A program made the position numbers and the translations under genes. DNA of 64,000 nucleotides from Eledone cirrhosa (Eukaryota): assembly GCA_964016885.1 (NCBI GenBank), contig OZ024740.1, positions 161,200,001-161,264,000 on the forward strand, written 5' to 3'. Below the pieces are notes generated by a model. The model worked only from the letters and a program-made list of their open reading frames with translations, searched no databases and was not told where the DNA came from. Shown here in pieces: positions 1 through 14,539 of this stretch (position 1 is the stretch's first letter; every line of letters starts with the position of its first letter).

Positions 1-231
1 AAGTCCAGGAAAAAAGAGTACTCTATGTAGGTAACAGGGCTTAATAGTTATGTAATAAACAACATAAGGGAATTATTCCATTTACCAGTGGTTTCTTAAA
101 AGCAAAAGGTTTTTAAAATCCAAATTCAATAAACAGACCAGGATTTTTTCATTCTGAGGATTGAAAACAAAATCTTTTGCTTTTAAGAAACCACTGGTAA
201 ATGGAATACTTGCCTTATGTTGATTATTACA

Positions 232-235
<4 letters not shown>

Positions 236-288
<53 letters not shown>

Positions 289-358
289 AGGGAGAAAGAG
301 ACGATTATGAGGAAGAAAAATATTTTTTTCTTCGTCATAATCGACTCTTTCTCCCTGT

Positions 359-421
<63 letters not shown>
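236..421. repeat. Two (TA)n tracts flanking a 76-bp near-perfect hairpin (285-360)
   Basis: aaacagggagaaagagacgattatgaggaagaaaaa versus tttttcttcgtcataatcgactctttctccctgttt (2 mismatches), embedded in (TA)n. Confidence 0.85.
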
Positions 422-425
<4 letters not shown>

Positions 426-520
426 TATGTTCTGTGAACAAAACTATGTGCAGCATTCCCAGGAATAGAAATATCATTAAAAAAATTAAAAGAATTCCCC
501 AAAAAAACTTCTTCGCTCAC

Positions 521-748
521 TTATTCCTGAAAGGATCGTGGGGGCAGAGTCCTCAAACACTCCTTCAAGTGGGTCCTGCCAGATGTTACCCTCTCTAATT
601 GATCTGGCTTGATCCCCAAGCGAGACCAACCAAGTTCATGGATGTTATCCAACCATCTTGCTCGTGGTCTGCCCCTGGGTCTCCCACCGGTTGGTTTTGC
701 TCGTAAAATATGTCCAACGATTCTTTCCTGAGACATTCTAACCGCCAA
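521..748 (-). mobile_element. RTE-clade LINE 3' fragment
   Basis: Translation VRMSQERIVGHIL...GGRPRGRPRARWLDNI matches the typical RTE ORF C-terminus. Confidence 0.7.
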
Positions 749-1030
749 AGGAAAATAAAATTACGCCCCATGTCACAGATTATAATTTTTTCTACACATA
801 AGTGACAACGAAAAAATCCCTTACTTTAGCAAGGAAAAACCGGACCCTAACAATTGTAGTCGAGAATCCGTATGCAGGATTTTTAACAATTTAATCAATT
901 TAACCTAATAACAAACGTTTTGATTTTTGTCCATGTCTTTCTGTCTTGTATGCGTTTTGTATCAACACACGCGCGTGTCAGCGCATGCCTGATGTCTGCC
1001 ACTTTTTCTATCTGTATATATTACTGGTGT

Positions 1031-4000
1031 TATTGAGGGGACAGACACTACCCTCCTGGATATCAAAAGGACAGAGAGAGAGGACTGGTCTGGAATCGAT
1101 TTGGTGATTCTTCTCCAAATGAAACCGGAGGATATGAATAACATCCCGGATTTGGCCCGCCTACAGGACGGGACAACAATCCAACTAATCATTGACGGAA
1201 GAAGGCCACGCTGCTTCGTCTGCGGGGAAGCAACGCATCTTCAAGCCTTCTGCCCTCAGCGCAAAAATGCAGGGGGTCGCAAACCTCCTTTGTTGCCAAC
1301 GCCAGTGTCAGCACGGAAAGCTGCACCACCACCACCACCAAAAACAACACCAACAAATACACAGACACCAACATCAAAAGCAGCCGGATCACCACCAACA
1401 CCAAAACCAATCCAAGGAGAAAACGAGGAAAGCTCTCCCACTCCCCCCCCCCCATTATACACATAGACAAAACAATAAACGCACACACAGACACAGAGAC
1501 ACTCACAGACACAGACCCTTTGTCTTCCAGCAGCGAACATGAAGGAAAACCCCAAAGTGCAAAAAAACAGAGAAAACTCACAAAAAAAAAAAGCCCCAAC
1601 AAAACACAAAAACATACACAACAAAAAATACAGACACCACTAACGCAAACACTTCCCCAATAACATCATCACCAACAGCAACATCGACACCACCTCCACA
1701 ATCCCCGAAACGCAAACAACCTAAACAAACACAAGTACAAATAAACACACAAATACCTGAAATTGCAGACACCACACCTACAACAAACATAGACATACCC
1801 GAAACAACACCACCAAAACCATCGCCACCACAGACACCAAAACGAATACAAATAAAACCACACCAACAAGATCTTAAAGACTTCGTGCTTGTCAGAAGGG
1901 CCAACGATAAACTGATGGCCCTCTTAGCACGAAGCGAGGACATTCAAACAGAGGGGGAGATTTTTGAAATGAGCACATTTTGCGTGCCAGAAGAAGATTT
2001 GCTTCTGGTCCGAATGTCACTCAATTCCTTCAAAGAAATTCGAGAGAGCTTTCCTCAAGACGTGGGAACCCCGAATGTGAAACCCACATCAAGACTTTTA
2101 AATGGGTTCCCAAAAGAAACCCCACCAACCATTGAGGTCGAACCACCCGACCTTCACAAGACCCGGGAGGTAAGTAAACCTTTCCTCTCTCTTTTAGCTT
2201 GCCAACATGGCCATATTAAGAGTAGGATGTTTAAATGTTCGCGGCCTGGGGTCATCCTGGAAGCAGGGTCGCCTGCTCAACGACCTCCGGTCGCTGGAAA
2301 TGGATGTGATTGCCGTAAGCGAGAACAGAATTTCCGACACGCGCGCACTAGCCCCCATTTTCGACGACTATCAGATCTTCGCATCTGTTAGCAGGCTGGG
2401 AATGGGGGTGGGGTGGCAGTGCTGTTTAGGAAAAGACTGGATCTCGAGGGTAAGTTGGTGGTCTTGGATGTGAGCAGTAGCGAAGGTGGTGCCTTTAGAC
2501 TGCTGGCCGTCTACGCCCCTACAGGGGCCGGACGACCTGACTTCTTTAGGCGCCTGGAGACCTTTCTGGGTACGTCTCGCCCTTTAATGTTACCGGGGGA
2601 CTGGAATGGCATCTTAGACGCACGCTGGGATTGTGTGGGAGTAGCCGATAGGAGCGGGGGGGGGGGGGTGCAAAAGCCTCAAGCACCTACTCAGCCAGTT
2701 CCAACTGTCTGACAGGTATCGACTAGATTTCCCCAATGTGCCAGTATGGACATGGACCAACCGAATGGGGTCATCTAGATCGTATATAGACAGGATCTTC
2801 ATTAGGAAAATAGATAGAAATAGTGTGGGCTGTCCACTTTTTAAAACGGTCGCCTATTCAGATCACAAATTTGTGATCTGTACGGTCGACCTAAATAAAA
2901 CGCGTAGGTTAGGACCGGGTTACAGGAAGCTGAACATGTCATTTCCGGCACGTAAGGTTTACAGGGACCGAGTCAACAATTTATTTAAGCAAAAGTTGAC
3001 AGGGGGATCATCAACAACAGATGGTGGGTGGCTCTCAAAAGAGAGATTAGAGTAACTTCGATAGAGTTCAGCAAAGAACTAGCGTTAGAGAAAAATAGAA
3101 CGGAGGGGAAGCTGGTAGATAAGTTAGACGAGGCTATTTGTAGTGGCATCGCAACTGACGTGCTAGCGGCGAGAATGGTATTAGACCATTTCTTCAATGC
3201 CAAACACGAAGGTTGCATTGTCAGAGCTAAGGCGCGTGCTCTGAGAAACGAGGGAACTAAAGCTGTTCGATGGGCCCGCGTGGCGGAAGCGCAGCGTGGT
3301 AATAAAACCACAATTCAGTCTTTGGCGGACCGAGACGGACACGAGATAAGCAATTCCAAGCGGATGTGTGAGGCCTTTCGCCAGCAGTTTGCTCGGTTGT
3401 TCAGGGAGAGTGGCGAGACAGAGAGAGTAGCGGATTTCAGTCCCTACCTTGACGATTTGCCGCGCATCTCGACGGTCGACGATGAGCGCTGCGAAAGGCA
3501 GATTACTTCAGCCGAAATTCAGGACGCCCTTGTCGGCTGCATGAGGCGCAAGTCACCCGGTTTGGATGGCCTGCCCTACGAGCTTTACGTAAATATGCCA
3601 GACGTGTTCTCCGAACTCCTCGAAGCACTCTACTGCAACTGGCAGCAAAATGGGAGTATTCCCAGTTCTGTGAGCAGGGGAGTGGTGACGCTGATAAGGA
3701 AAGGCGAGTACAAGAGGGATACATTAGACAATTTTAGGCCCATAACTCTGCTCAACACAGAGTTTAAGATTTTGGCCAAGGTGTTAGCAAAGAGATTGGC
3801 GCTTGTCGTCGAGGATTTGGTTGGGGAGGCGCAAACTAGCGCAATCCCAGCCAGGTCTATACACGACAATCTCCACCTCATGCGATACATCATAGAGAGG
3901 GTAGGGTGTAAACCTGGCTTCGGTGGGGCACTGATCAATTTAGATCAATCGAAAGCATTCGATAGGGTCGACCATCGGTATCTGGAGTTTGTCCTCAAAG

Positions 4001-5690
4001 CAGCTGGCTTCGGCCCTGTCTTTAGAAGCTGGATCGTTGCAATGCACAGCAGCACACGCTCGGTGGTCAAGGTTAATGGCCACCTCTCGGAACCATTTCG
4101 GCTCTCCCGATCGGTCCGTCAAGGGTGCCCTCTCTCTTCCCTTCTGTACGTATTTACTCTCGAGCCTTTACTGCGGAAGCTGGAGCTGTTGCAGGGCATC
4201 CCGCTCGAACCGGGACGTGGAAAGGCGGTGTCGGCTTATGCGGACGACATCACCGTGATGGTGTCGAACACCTCAGAAATCGAGGTGGTCGGCACCTTAT
4301 TGAAGGAATATGAAAGGTTGACAGGAGCCAAACTTAACCCGGAAAAGTCGGTGGGCTTGCAGCTCGGAACCTGGAGAGGCAAGCCCATGCCGTCCAACAG
4401 CGTCGTGGGGCGCTGGACGGACGGACCGGTAAAGTTGCTCGGGGTTTGGTTCGGACCAGACCTCCAGGTGGAAAAGAATTGGGACGAGGTAACGAGCAGA
4501 GTAGCCAGTCTCACCCAAAAATGGGCTGGGAGGAAGCTATCACTGAAAGGTCGCGCGGAGGTGGCGAATGCGTACATCGCGTCCGTCATCTACTACCGCC
4601 TGACCGTCGTGCCTTGCCCCCGTCCGCGCCTCGTCAAGTTGGAACGGCTCCTCTTCAAATTCTTGTGGAGGGGACAAGTTCCGTTGGTGAGGTGGTCCAT
4701 CTGCTGCCAGCACCCTCTACGCGGAGTGCTGGGCATGCTGTGGCTAATGATGCGCAGACATGCGTTGAGGCTGCGACAACTCCAGATATTCTGCCTCAAC
4801 GGTGAACAGGTGTGGTCGCCGTTTATCAGACGGGCCTTTCCGCAGCTCATTTCTTTGACTGAGCTTCAGTCCTGGGTCAAGAAGAGACCGAGACTGGGTG
4901 ACTGGCACCTGGAATGTTGTCAGGCACTCACTTCCCTCTACCAAGCGGGCAATGCGATCAGTGGAACTTCCACTCTCGAGTTCTATAGAGGATTAGTGGT
5001 GGGCAAGTGCGATGACGCACTCGGAGAAGCTTTGGGCCTCGACGAAGTCGAACTGATCAGTCTGTACCGGAGGACTTTTGAGCCGGGGACGATGGACAAT
5101 TTCCAGAAATCCCTCGCTTGCTACCGGGGGGCACTGCCTGTTCGGGATAAACTCTACAGGCACGGAAGTGTTGTCAGACGGACCTGCCCAAGATACGCAC
5201 AGAGCGACGAAACCGTTCTGCACGCACTTGTCCAATGTCCGTGCATTACTGACTTGTGGAGTTATGTCGAACAGCTACTGTCGCGTGTGGAACGAATCCG
5301 GCTATCGACCGAGTCCATAGTGAAGATCGATCCACCGCCTTCCTTAAGTCAGGAAGAGCAGGAAATTTTCCTCTGTCTGGTGGCAGTTGCGAAAGAGATT
5401 ATATGGTGGACCAGGTTGAAAGGACTAAAGACAGACACTTTTCTCTTCGGCCAATCCCTCATCAACTTTTTCAAGTTTCACCTGGAAAGGAAGGTGAGGG
5501 TGGAGAGAGAAGTGCTGTCCCCCAGTACATTTGCTAAAAGGTGGGTGAATGTGGCGAGAATGGCTCGTGTGAATGGGCCTACTCTGACCATGCGCTTATA
5601 GGCTAGCTAACTTGAGGAGAGGGGTGCTCTCTCTGGGGTGATTCGGGTACCCCACCAATCCTGAACCACCCTGCGCTTCTAGGGCACCCC
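1031..5690 (+). mobile_element. Tx1-type (L1 clade) LINE, copy 1, 5'-truncated, 3' end lost
   Basis: ORF1 remnant with CCHC knuckle (CFVCGEATHLQAFC), APE endonuclease (CLNVRGL, GDWN, SYIDRI, SDH), RT (PGLDG, FRPITLLN, QGCPLS, YADD) and a C-terminal zf-RVT-like motif. Confidence 0.93.
2207..5601 (+). pseudogene. Tx1 ORF2 (APE-RT-zinc finger), frameshifted in the endonuclease part; 857-aa RT part open (3028-5601)
   Basis: ORF track pieces 2207, 2413, 2738 and 3028 join into one APE+RT polyprotein. Confidence 0.9.
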
Positions 5691-6270
5691 AGTGCATGAC
5701 TGGTAATTTATTTTATCGATCCCGTAAGGATGAAAGGCAAAGCTAACCTCCGATTTGAACTCAGATCATAAAGGGTCGTAACTCTAAGCTGCAATAATAT
5801 GATTTCAAATCCCACCGAGGTTAACTTTGCCTTTCATCCTTACGGGGTCGATAAAATAAAGTACCAGTCACGAACTAAGGTCAGTTTAATAATCGACTAT
5901 CCCCTACCCCCAAATTACTAGCCTTGTGCCTATACTATTAATCATTAATCCCGCCGAGGTTGACTTTGCCTTTCATCCTTACGGGGTCGATAAAATAAAG
6001 TACCAGTAATGCACTGGATAATTGCTGGCCTTGTGCCTAAAGTAGAAACAATTATTATTATCATTATTTTTCCTTCAAGCGCGGTGAATTGGCAGAGTCG
6101 CTGAAATTTCTGATAGAATGCTTTGTGGTATTATTTCCGTTGGCAGGAGCGGTGAATTGGCAGTATCAATAGAGAGTTGGACGCCGTGTTTTCGATAAAA
6201 TAAAGTACCAGTAATGTACTGGGTAATTGCTGGCCTTGTACCAAAAGTAGAAACAATTATTTCCGTCCTT
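5688..6270. mobile_element. Cluster of tRNA-derived SINE fragments (one -, about three +)
   Basis: Repeated core ccgaggttaactttgcctttcatccttacggggtcgataaaataaagtaccagt with tail ggccttgtgcc..gtagaaacaattatt. Confidence 0.85.
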
Positions 6271-7519
6271 CTACGATCTGAGTGCAAAATACATAGCTCC
6301 CTTTGTGTTTCTTCGTTTTGAGCTCTATAGATAAAATACCACTCAAGTACTTGGATAAGTCCTTCTATCTCTTTCTCAGTTCCTTTCTATCACAATTTCT
6401 CTCCTTCTTTGGAAGAAATCAGCTGTGTTCAAAGTTTTTAGAAGGAAAGGGCTCCCCCGGTCTTGAAATACCCACGATAATCTGTACGGTGACGCTACGT
6501 TTACATGGGGAGTTAGGGTTTATATATATACACATTCTTCCTTCTAATTTTGTTCCCACTATTATTGTTGCTATGATGGTGTCAGATTGGCAGAATCGTT
6601 ACTGTATTGGATAAAATGCATTGCATTGCTTCGTCACAGTGCAATGAGAGTGTGTGTATGGGTAACAGGTTTTCTTTTTTTACGAGAACGCAATGCATTT
6701 TTAAATGTAGAATAGTTCCGTCTCAAGTATGTTTCATTAAAAATTAAACGCACGAAATAATTCTTGATTGTGGTTATGGGTGTCTTTTATTGTAATACTT
6801 TTTTTTTTTATTAGAGCATTGGGGAGAGAAGATGTTATTGCAAGATTATATATTAATTCCTTATATGAGAAAGTAATAAAAGCGCATGATTAATTTTTTT
6901 CAAATGAAATGTTACAAAGCTGATTGTTGTCGAGTCGTGATTGCATATGTATATGCAATCATACATTTATACATCATACATTAGTACAGGTATGAAAACA
7001 CTTACATACATAAAGCACATGCATACATACACACAAACGTACACATATAATTCAGAAATTCATCCATGCATATAAAGAAAGGGAGACAGAGGAAAGAAAG
7101 GAAGCAGAATTGGCAGAAAGAAAAAATGAAATGGAGGAGAGAGAGGAGGGGGAGAGAGGCTTAGTGGGGTTAAGAATGAATATAATAGTGCATATTTGAA
7201 ACAATAAGAATGTTCTCTATAGGAATGCACTAGGCTTACATTTCAACATAGAATACGAAGTCAATATACTGCCAATGAGGAACAATTAAACGAATATCAA
7301 TATCATTGTTTTGGGATAAAAATCTAATCTCAATACAGAAGAAATAAGAAAGGAATAAGAAATACTAAAGATTGGTTTTATTTATTTTATTATTTTCATT
7401 TCTTGGAAATAAAAATTAAAAAAACATTTACACAGGAAAAAGATCTCAACAAAATTGCTTATCTGAAGTAATCTAAAAAATGCATATCGGCTGTGATTTT
7501 CTTGTTATCATTATCATTA

Positions 7520-8050
7520 TTATTGGCAGTATCGGTAGAGAGTCAGCCACCATGCTTTTCAGCATAGAGTTATGGCCCTTTATGATCTGAGTTCAAATTC
7601 CGCCGAGGTAAACTTTGCCTTTCATCCTTACGGGGTCGATAAAATAAAGTACCAGTCACGCACTGGAGTCGATTTAATCGACTTTCCCCTCCCACCAAAT
7701 TACTGGCCTTGTGCCTATATAAGAAACCATTATCATTATTATTGGCAGTATCGGTAGAGATTCAGACATCATGCTTTGCAACATAGAGTTACGGCCCTTT
7801 ACGTTTTGAGATCACATCCCACTGAGGTTAACTTTGCCTTTCATCCTTACGGGATCGATAAAATACAGTACCAGTAATACACTTGGATAATTGCTGGGCT
7901 TGTGCCAAAAGTAGAAATAATTATTATGAGGGCAGTGGATTGGCAGTATTGGTAGAGCATCGTTCATTCTTCTTTGAAGCATAAAGTTACGGCCCTTTAC
8001 CCTGAGAGTTCAAATCTCGTCTAGGTTAGCTTTGACATTCATCCTTGTAG
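7520..8050 (+). mobile_element. Tandem SINE copies (2 full, 1 partial)
   Basis: A-box-like tggcagtatcgg, B-box-like gagttcaaat(t/c)cc, conserved core, (TTA)n tails. Confidence 0.85.
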
Positions 8051-10023
8051 CAACATCTTTTTAGCGACATAGTCCGTTATGTCATAAACACAACTTGGCG
8101 ATTCAAATAAATTGAGATTGAAAATAAAACCTGGGATCGATATGATCGACTATAATCCATGGCCACAGTTAAATGAATGAGACCACAACATGAATAAAAC
8201 AATTTAAAGTTTTATTGTGAGGGCGAGTGAGAATTATCAATTTCCATAGCACGTAAGAATATTTGCCAAAGGCTTTCGGTGTTGTATGAGGTAAGAGAAA
8301 GAGTGGTGAGTATCTGACCGGTTGAAAATTTGCAAGAGTGGCCAAAACACTTAACACAATAAATAGATACATCAATTCAATATGACAATGTCAGACTCAG
8401 ACGTATAGAAGAATGTGTGTATGTGTGTAGGTGCAGGTATGCTTGTGTAGGTATACTTGCGAAGGTATGTGTAAGTGTTGGTATATGAAACGTATGAGAA
8501 GAAACACGTACGTACGTAAAGTGTTTCTTTTCAATAATTATATTGAATTTTCGATAGTACGAACGTCAGCAAATAATTCAATGTGAAGGAGGGAGTGTCT
8601 TCCACTTCCATTTCTATCATCTTTTCATTAAACAGACCGTTAATGTAAGTCGATATTACCTTGAAAGTTTTTCAGTATCTAAATGGATTTTAAGCTGATT
8701 TTCCCAATGACTGTTCCAGTTGTTACATCAACTCATTACTGTATTGTGTATGCGTAGCATGGCCAAATAACTGCGAAATTCACTTCCCAATCATTTGGTC
8801 CTGGTTCGATGCTACGATTACTACAGCCACGGGTTGAGCCACGCCTTGAATGTAAAACTGAATAGAGTGAAACTATTTAGAAGCTGGTCAGTTGGACTAC
8901 TTCTAATTGAATCAATCCATGTTAGCGCTGAATCGTCCTGAGAATTACCTTAAGTGTACACATACTGTGGAATACTGAGCAACTTACACGTTAATTTCTC
9001 GAGCAGAATGACCCGTTGATTGAACAACGACAGAAGTTAATTCCATTTCACTATATTATAGTTGTAAGTGATTGAATATTCCACGATATACTCGTACTCT
9101 TAACGTCAAGCTCGGGCAGTGAAATCTCCCTCCGATCACACTGTAGTCTCAAATAAATTTAGGGCTCATGACAAAATAGTTTTAGTTATATAAAAATTTG
9201 AATGGTTATTGTTTGGAACGATTTTGACCAGAGGTCTCCTTTGGGTTATACAATAAGAAAAGCCCTTCCGATTAGAGGCGCAGTCTTTAGCGCGGGCTCC
9301 CCTACAGTATTTTCGGTCTTCCCAATTTCGCTTGCAAAAATATTGTGGAAGACATTTGCTTAATCTGTGCGTAATAGGGTCTAATCGATATTAAGGGTTT
9401 GGTGGTTTGTTTCGAGGCCACGAGCAAAGTAACCTAGAAATGGGGTGAGAAGAAGCAATCTCTAAATGGTCATCTAAAGATAGAAAACGCGTGCAACAAT
9501 TATTGGGTATTACCTACCCATCTTATATTGCCTCAGGCTACATATACCCTTTGACGTGTTTATGGAAGGATAGAATTTCCCTCGCTAAAAGGTATAGTTA
9601 TTGTCATCATTTTCTGTACAGCGATGTATCATAACTGGTGATGTATTTACAGGCCTGGAAGAGCTGTCAGTTTGGCTTGTTTAACATATGTAGTGCTGAT
9701 ATGGGGAGTTGTGTCCAACAACTATTATCATGTATCTTTGTAAAAATTGCCGCAGCGCCCTGCTTTTGCAAAGAGAGAATGTTGATTTCTTCTCTGGGGA
9801 TTTTAATGAAAGTGGTCATATGGTAATAGAAATTGAAAAAGCTGAGGACAGCACAATACATCTACGTCAAAACTCTCAATTTCAATGTCCACTTAAAGTG
9901 GAGGGTGGAGGAGGTAAGATTGAAATGCTGCCCTAAGACAAATTTCATGAAAGATTAGTGTAAGTGACGAAACTGCTCCATATGAGAGAACCATTACTTA
10001 AATTATGTCTGGAAATTGCAGTG

Positions 10024-10026
<3 letters not shown>

Positions 10027-10094
<68 letters not shown>

Positions 10095-10130
10095 AGTGGG
10101 GTGAGAGAGAGAGAGACAGCGAGAGAGAGA
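10027..10130. repeat. (GA)n microsatellite
   Basis: Seen directly. Confidence 0.95.
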
Positions 10131-10957
10131 GAAACTGTCCGTGATGCAAGGTGAACGGGGTTTTGCAAAGTCCCAATCTTTCATAAGTAGCAGTTCCCTC
10201 CCTTTTGTAGATGCCTTTATGATATATTGTTAAAATGTTATCTTTGTCTGTTTTTCATATGTTATTACGTATACTCCCCTCCCGCTTTTATTGTATTTGT
10301 ACACTCCAAACATTTGTATAAATAGGTGATGCCTCTGTAGTCATTAAAGATAGAATTATGGTTAAAGCTTTAACACTAAGTAATGAAATAAGGGGGAAAA
10401 ATTTGAAGTATATAAAAATAAAAAGAAGACATAATCTTTGTAGAAAGTTTTCCTGTTAATGGATACATTGTTAACGAAATTTGCATTTCTACGATTGATT
10501 TATCTGCGATAAGAAATCACGATGCACATAAATTTGTCACCTTGCTTTTATATTTGTTGTTGCTATTACCGTTATTTTTGTTGTTGATATCGTTATCTTA
10601 TTGTTGTTTATGTTACTATTCTATATTACATGTTGTTTGTTATCATTTAAAGTGTATTTAACTCCTGGGTTGTAAAAGTGTCATTATGTCTATCTTTAGA
10701 AATTGTGAACGACCATTATTTACAAAATGTGAAACCCGACTCTTCATCATTTTTCATCTTAGTCTGGTTCATCTCTTTCGTCTTCATTTTTTTTCGTCAT
10801 TATATCCACTTCCTTTTACTTCGTTTTCTTCTTTCGTCGTCTCCACTTTCTTTTTTATCTTCTTTTTATCTTTTTTCCTTTTTCTTCATCTAGTTTTTCC
10901 TTTTTCGTCTCGTTTTTTTTTTCATTTTACTTTTATTTGTTTCTTCCTTCTTATCTC

Positions 10958-11040
<83 letters not shown>

Positions 11041-13147
11041 CATTAACAGAACAGGAACATGAAAATACTATAAAACGTTTCATCCTGTATTTCATTCATT
11101 TAGCGCACTTCATTTTACGATTCAGTAACACGAATATCAAAATGGATTTTAGAATTTCCTGTTACATATACACTATAGTGCGGATATTTTACTGGAATTT
11201 ATTTCAGTTATTTTTGCTAGGCAAAGCAAATTGACAATAGAGCCTCAACATGGTTGACTGACTAGCGAGAAATAGCAGTCGATTTTTCCCTCAATTTATA
11301 CACACTTGTTTAATACAGAGACATCCGTTGTACTAGACAATAAAAGTCGACAATGGAACCTTTAGGACAATTGACCTTCTAGAAATAGTATTTGAATCTC
11401 AATACATATATAATCTCTGTAAACCGTAAACCATTTTATTCTAAACCAGCTGAAACTGCCCTTTGGATTATGATACAAAACCTTGTTTTAGAGTATTTAC
11501 ATCTATCTAAAAACCTCCCGTCATAATTTATGTAAGAACCATTCCCCCAAACACCTATTTTTAAAATGATTTGGAGAACATAGGCAGAGTCTTTCATTAG
11601 AAATATCTCAAAAGGATTATTACAGAGAAATCGCTTATTCTAAACAAGCCATGTTAACAACAAAGCCTCAACATATTTCTTTGATCGGTTAATAGCTGTT
11701 GAATCTCTATTATATACAATCGTTTTAACGTAGTGATTCCCTTGGGTACTGCGAGACTCAAAACACTGGAAAACAAAGAAGACTAGAGGTACTTTGGAAG
11801 ATAGGGAGTGGTGAGGGAAGGAAGGAGACGAAGAATACAAATTAGTAGTTGCTCGTCAAATTCTCACATTTAGTTATTCAATGAATGCTGAAATAGAAAG
11901 AATTGGAACTTAATTTTCAATGCATATTCATGTATTTGTTTTACAAGATTTTTTATGTGAAATCGTGTGCTGAATCCGATATTTTTACATTTGGATGTGG
12001 TCATGTTGCCAACATTGCCTATAAAAAAACTCACGCAGTATTTCATTTTCTCTTTCACTTTATTATTAGATGATTCGTCAAAATTCTTTCGTCACCATTA
12101 TGTGACCTCCTCAATAAATATTTGTTTTCTAAGACAACAGGAAATCAAATAGTCATTGGGGAGAACACAGAATGTGTGACGAAAGAACTTTAGCAGAGTA
12201 AATATAATCTCCAAATAGTAGACAGTAGTCTAATCTTCGGGAAACTCTGGTTTAAAGGAAGAAAGGCAGGATAATGTACTATATCTGAAAATATAAGATG
12301 GCCATGGTTGGACCGCTTATTATTATAGATCGGCTTGCTCATGAGTGACCTGTAATTAATCAATACTTATGAATGAGAGGCTCTGTGATTGCTCAACTTG
12401 CTAGAATTAGTACCTCTAGATATTGGAAACGACTATTTAAAAAAAAACGTATGACCGCGATTTTTCATCCCTTTTCATCTTCGTTTAGAATAAAGATGTG
12501 ATGTCCATGGCTGGAATGTCTTTAATCGTAGATCTACTCAATTACTTCTGACCTGAGGTTAAACAAAACCCTGAGAAGGGCAACTTCTATGTGGCTGCTC
12601 TTCCTGTTAGAAATAGCAGCCAAATGCTTAAAAAGAACATTGTACATTAACATTGTGAAAATGTTAATGTTGAGACATTGAGTAAATTACTCCATCTAAA
12701 AATAAGATAGGTGGCCTTGGTTGGGGCGTTTTAATCATTGTTGATATTGGGTAGTAAACAAAAAGAACGAGAGAGGATACTTATCTCTAACAGAATCTGT
12801 TCGTGAAAAATATATGCCACCTACTAAATATCCTATATATTGATCGGGCAATAGTCACGTTTACTCTTGGAAGAAACAGTGTGGTGCCAGTGAATGTAGC
12901 ATAACCTTCGGTCAGTCAAGTTCGTGTCATCATACTAATGTTGTTTGGAAAAAAATCCAACAGATTAATAATGTATACGTGACAAAGAGAAGTAAGCAAT
13001 CTTACTAGTTGTACTAATATGATTAACACTTTTATTACAAATTACTAATGAAAAATATAATCTATACTTTTGAAATAAGCTTTAAAATAATAAAATAAAT
13101 TAATGGGATTTAGTAATGAAAACACATTCTTATTATTAAGCTAATGT

Positions 13148-13218
13148 TGATAAAATAAAGTACCAGTAATGCACTGGATAATTGCTGGCCTTGTTCCAAA
13201 CGTAGAAACAATTATTAA
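13148..13218 (+). mobile_element. SINE 3' fragment
   Basis: gataaaataaagtaccagtaatgcactgg...gtagaaacaattatt. Confidence 0.8.
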
Positions 13219-13439
13219 GCTAATGTGAGGGTGGTTTATTGGCCAAATTGGTAGACGCCTTTGCAGATTCGTTCCGTTTTTTTTGGTTCTTTTTTGTTTT
13301 TTTCTCGGGCCAGATTTAAAGTTTGGGTGACCCGGGGCAAATCGGGCTTGGTTGGCTCCTCACAAAACAAGCTCTTTAGTGTCAAATCCCCTACTAAAGA
13401 TTCATTTTATGGGTCGATTGACAAGCTTCTACACTCTGC

Positions 13440-13890
13440 CATATCGACTGCACTCCTCTTCAGCAGGACTGAAGCGCGCTTTTCCTCTCCCATTATCCCC
13501 AGTCGTGTAATTTTTAGTCTTCCTCAATTTTACCACCCTCCACATTCATTTCCATCACTCCTTTCTCCAAGTCACTTTCATCCTTCCTTAACACATGGCT
13601 CAACCATCTCATTCCATTTCTCTCCGCCACATCCATCACTGGCTCTACTCCCATCATCTGCAATTCATTGTTCGTTTTCCTTTGTTTGGGCAATACTCCA
13701 CTCATCTCCCGAACTATTCTCATCTCTGCTTTCTACACTTATATGTTGCTCCTCGTTCTTGATGATAAACATACATCACACATGTCTCACTCATATAAAT
13801 GATGGCACTTTTCATATGAAGCATGCACTTTTTCTTTAGGTTTAAATGACACTCCTCTCCTTGTTTACACACTATTCACTTCCCAAAACA
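13440..13890 (-). mobile_element. Old RTE-clade LINE fragment
   Basis: Degenerate translation MRWLSHVLRKDESDLEKGVMEMNVEGG resembles the RTE motif LRWFGHVLR...EVEG. Confidence 0.6.
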
Positions 13891-14539
13891 TCTTTTACTA
13901 TTTATGTTTGAGCCTCTCGTGAACAAGTATAAAATACACAGAAAATTACCAATTTTACATGTCAAAGTCTATTTAGTGGACTTAATTGGGATTAAATTAT
14001 AAATAGAAAATTTAAACAGAAAAAACTGTCTCGTTATGAAGCTGGTGTTTGGAACATAACATAAAGGTTTGTTTATGATGGAATTTGAATAGATAACTTT
14101 AAATATTTTAAATCAAACATTTCTGTATTTTAGCACTAGATTTATGTGTTTGGTATCAAAAGAGATAATAGCTTTTTAAACTATATTTTACTACTAAGGT
14201 TAGATTTCAAAATTCAACAGTTAAATACACTTATGATTTTTCGACATATTTCATCGAGACATAATAAAAATTTCTTTATTTAATAATAGTAATTTCTTTA
14301 ATGGGGAAACAACAACGACACTATGTAATGAAATTTCATTAGAAACCCAACAGAAATAGGACTAATTTGCTCGCAAATTATCAACCAACAACAATAACAG
14401 CAACATGTCCTTCAGAATGTAATAAAACTCAGCCATCAAATAAAACTGCTAATAACTAAATATTTCCATCAACTAACGATATTTCATTATACAAACAAGT
14501 TGCCAGTCAACCTCACACTCATTTGAGGAGTAGTCCACC

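Noticed and set aside
151-170. ctgagga-tt-gaaa as a minimal hammerhead
   Set aside because: No stem II and no convincing stem I.
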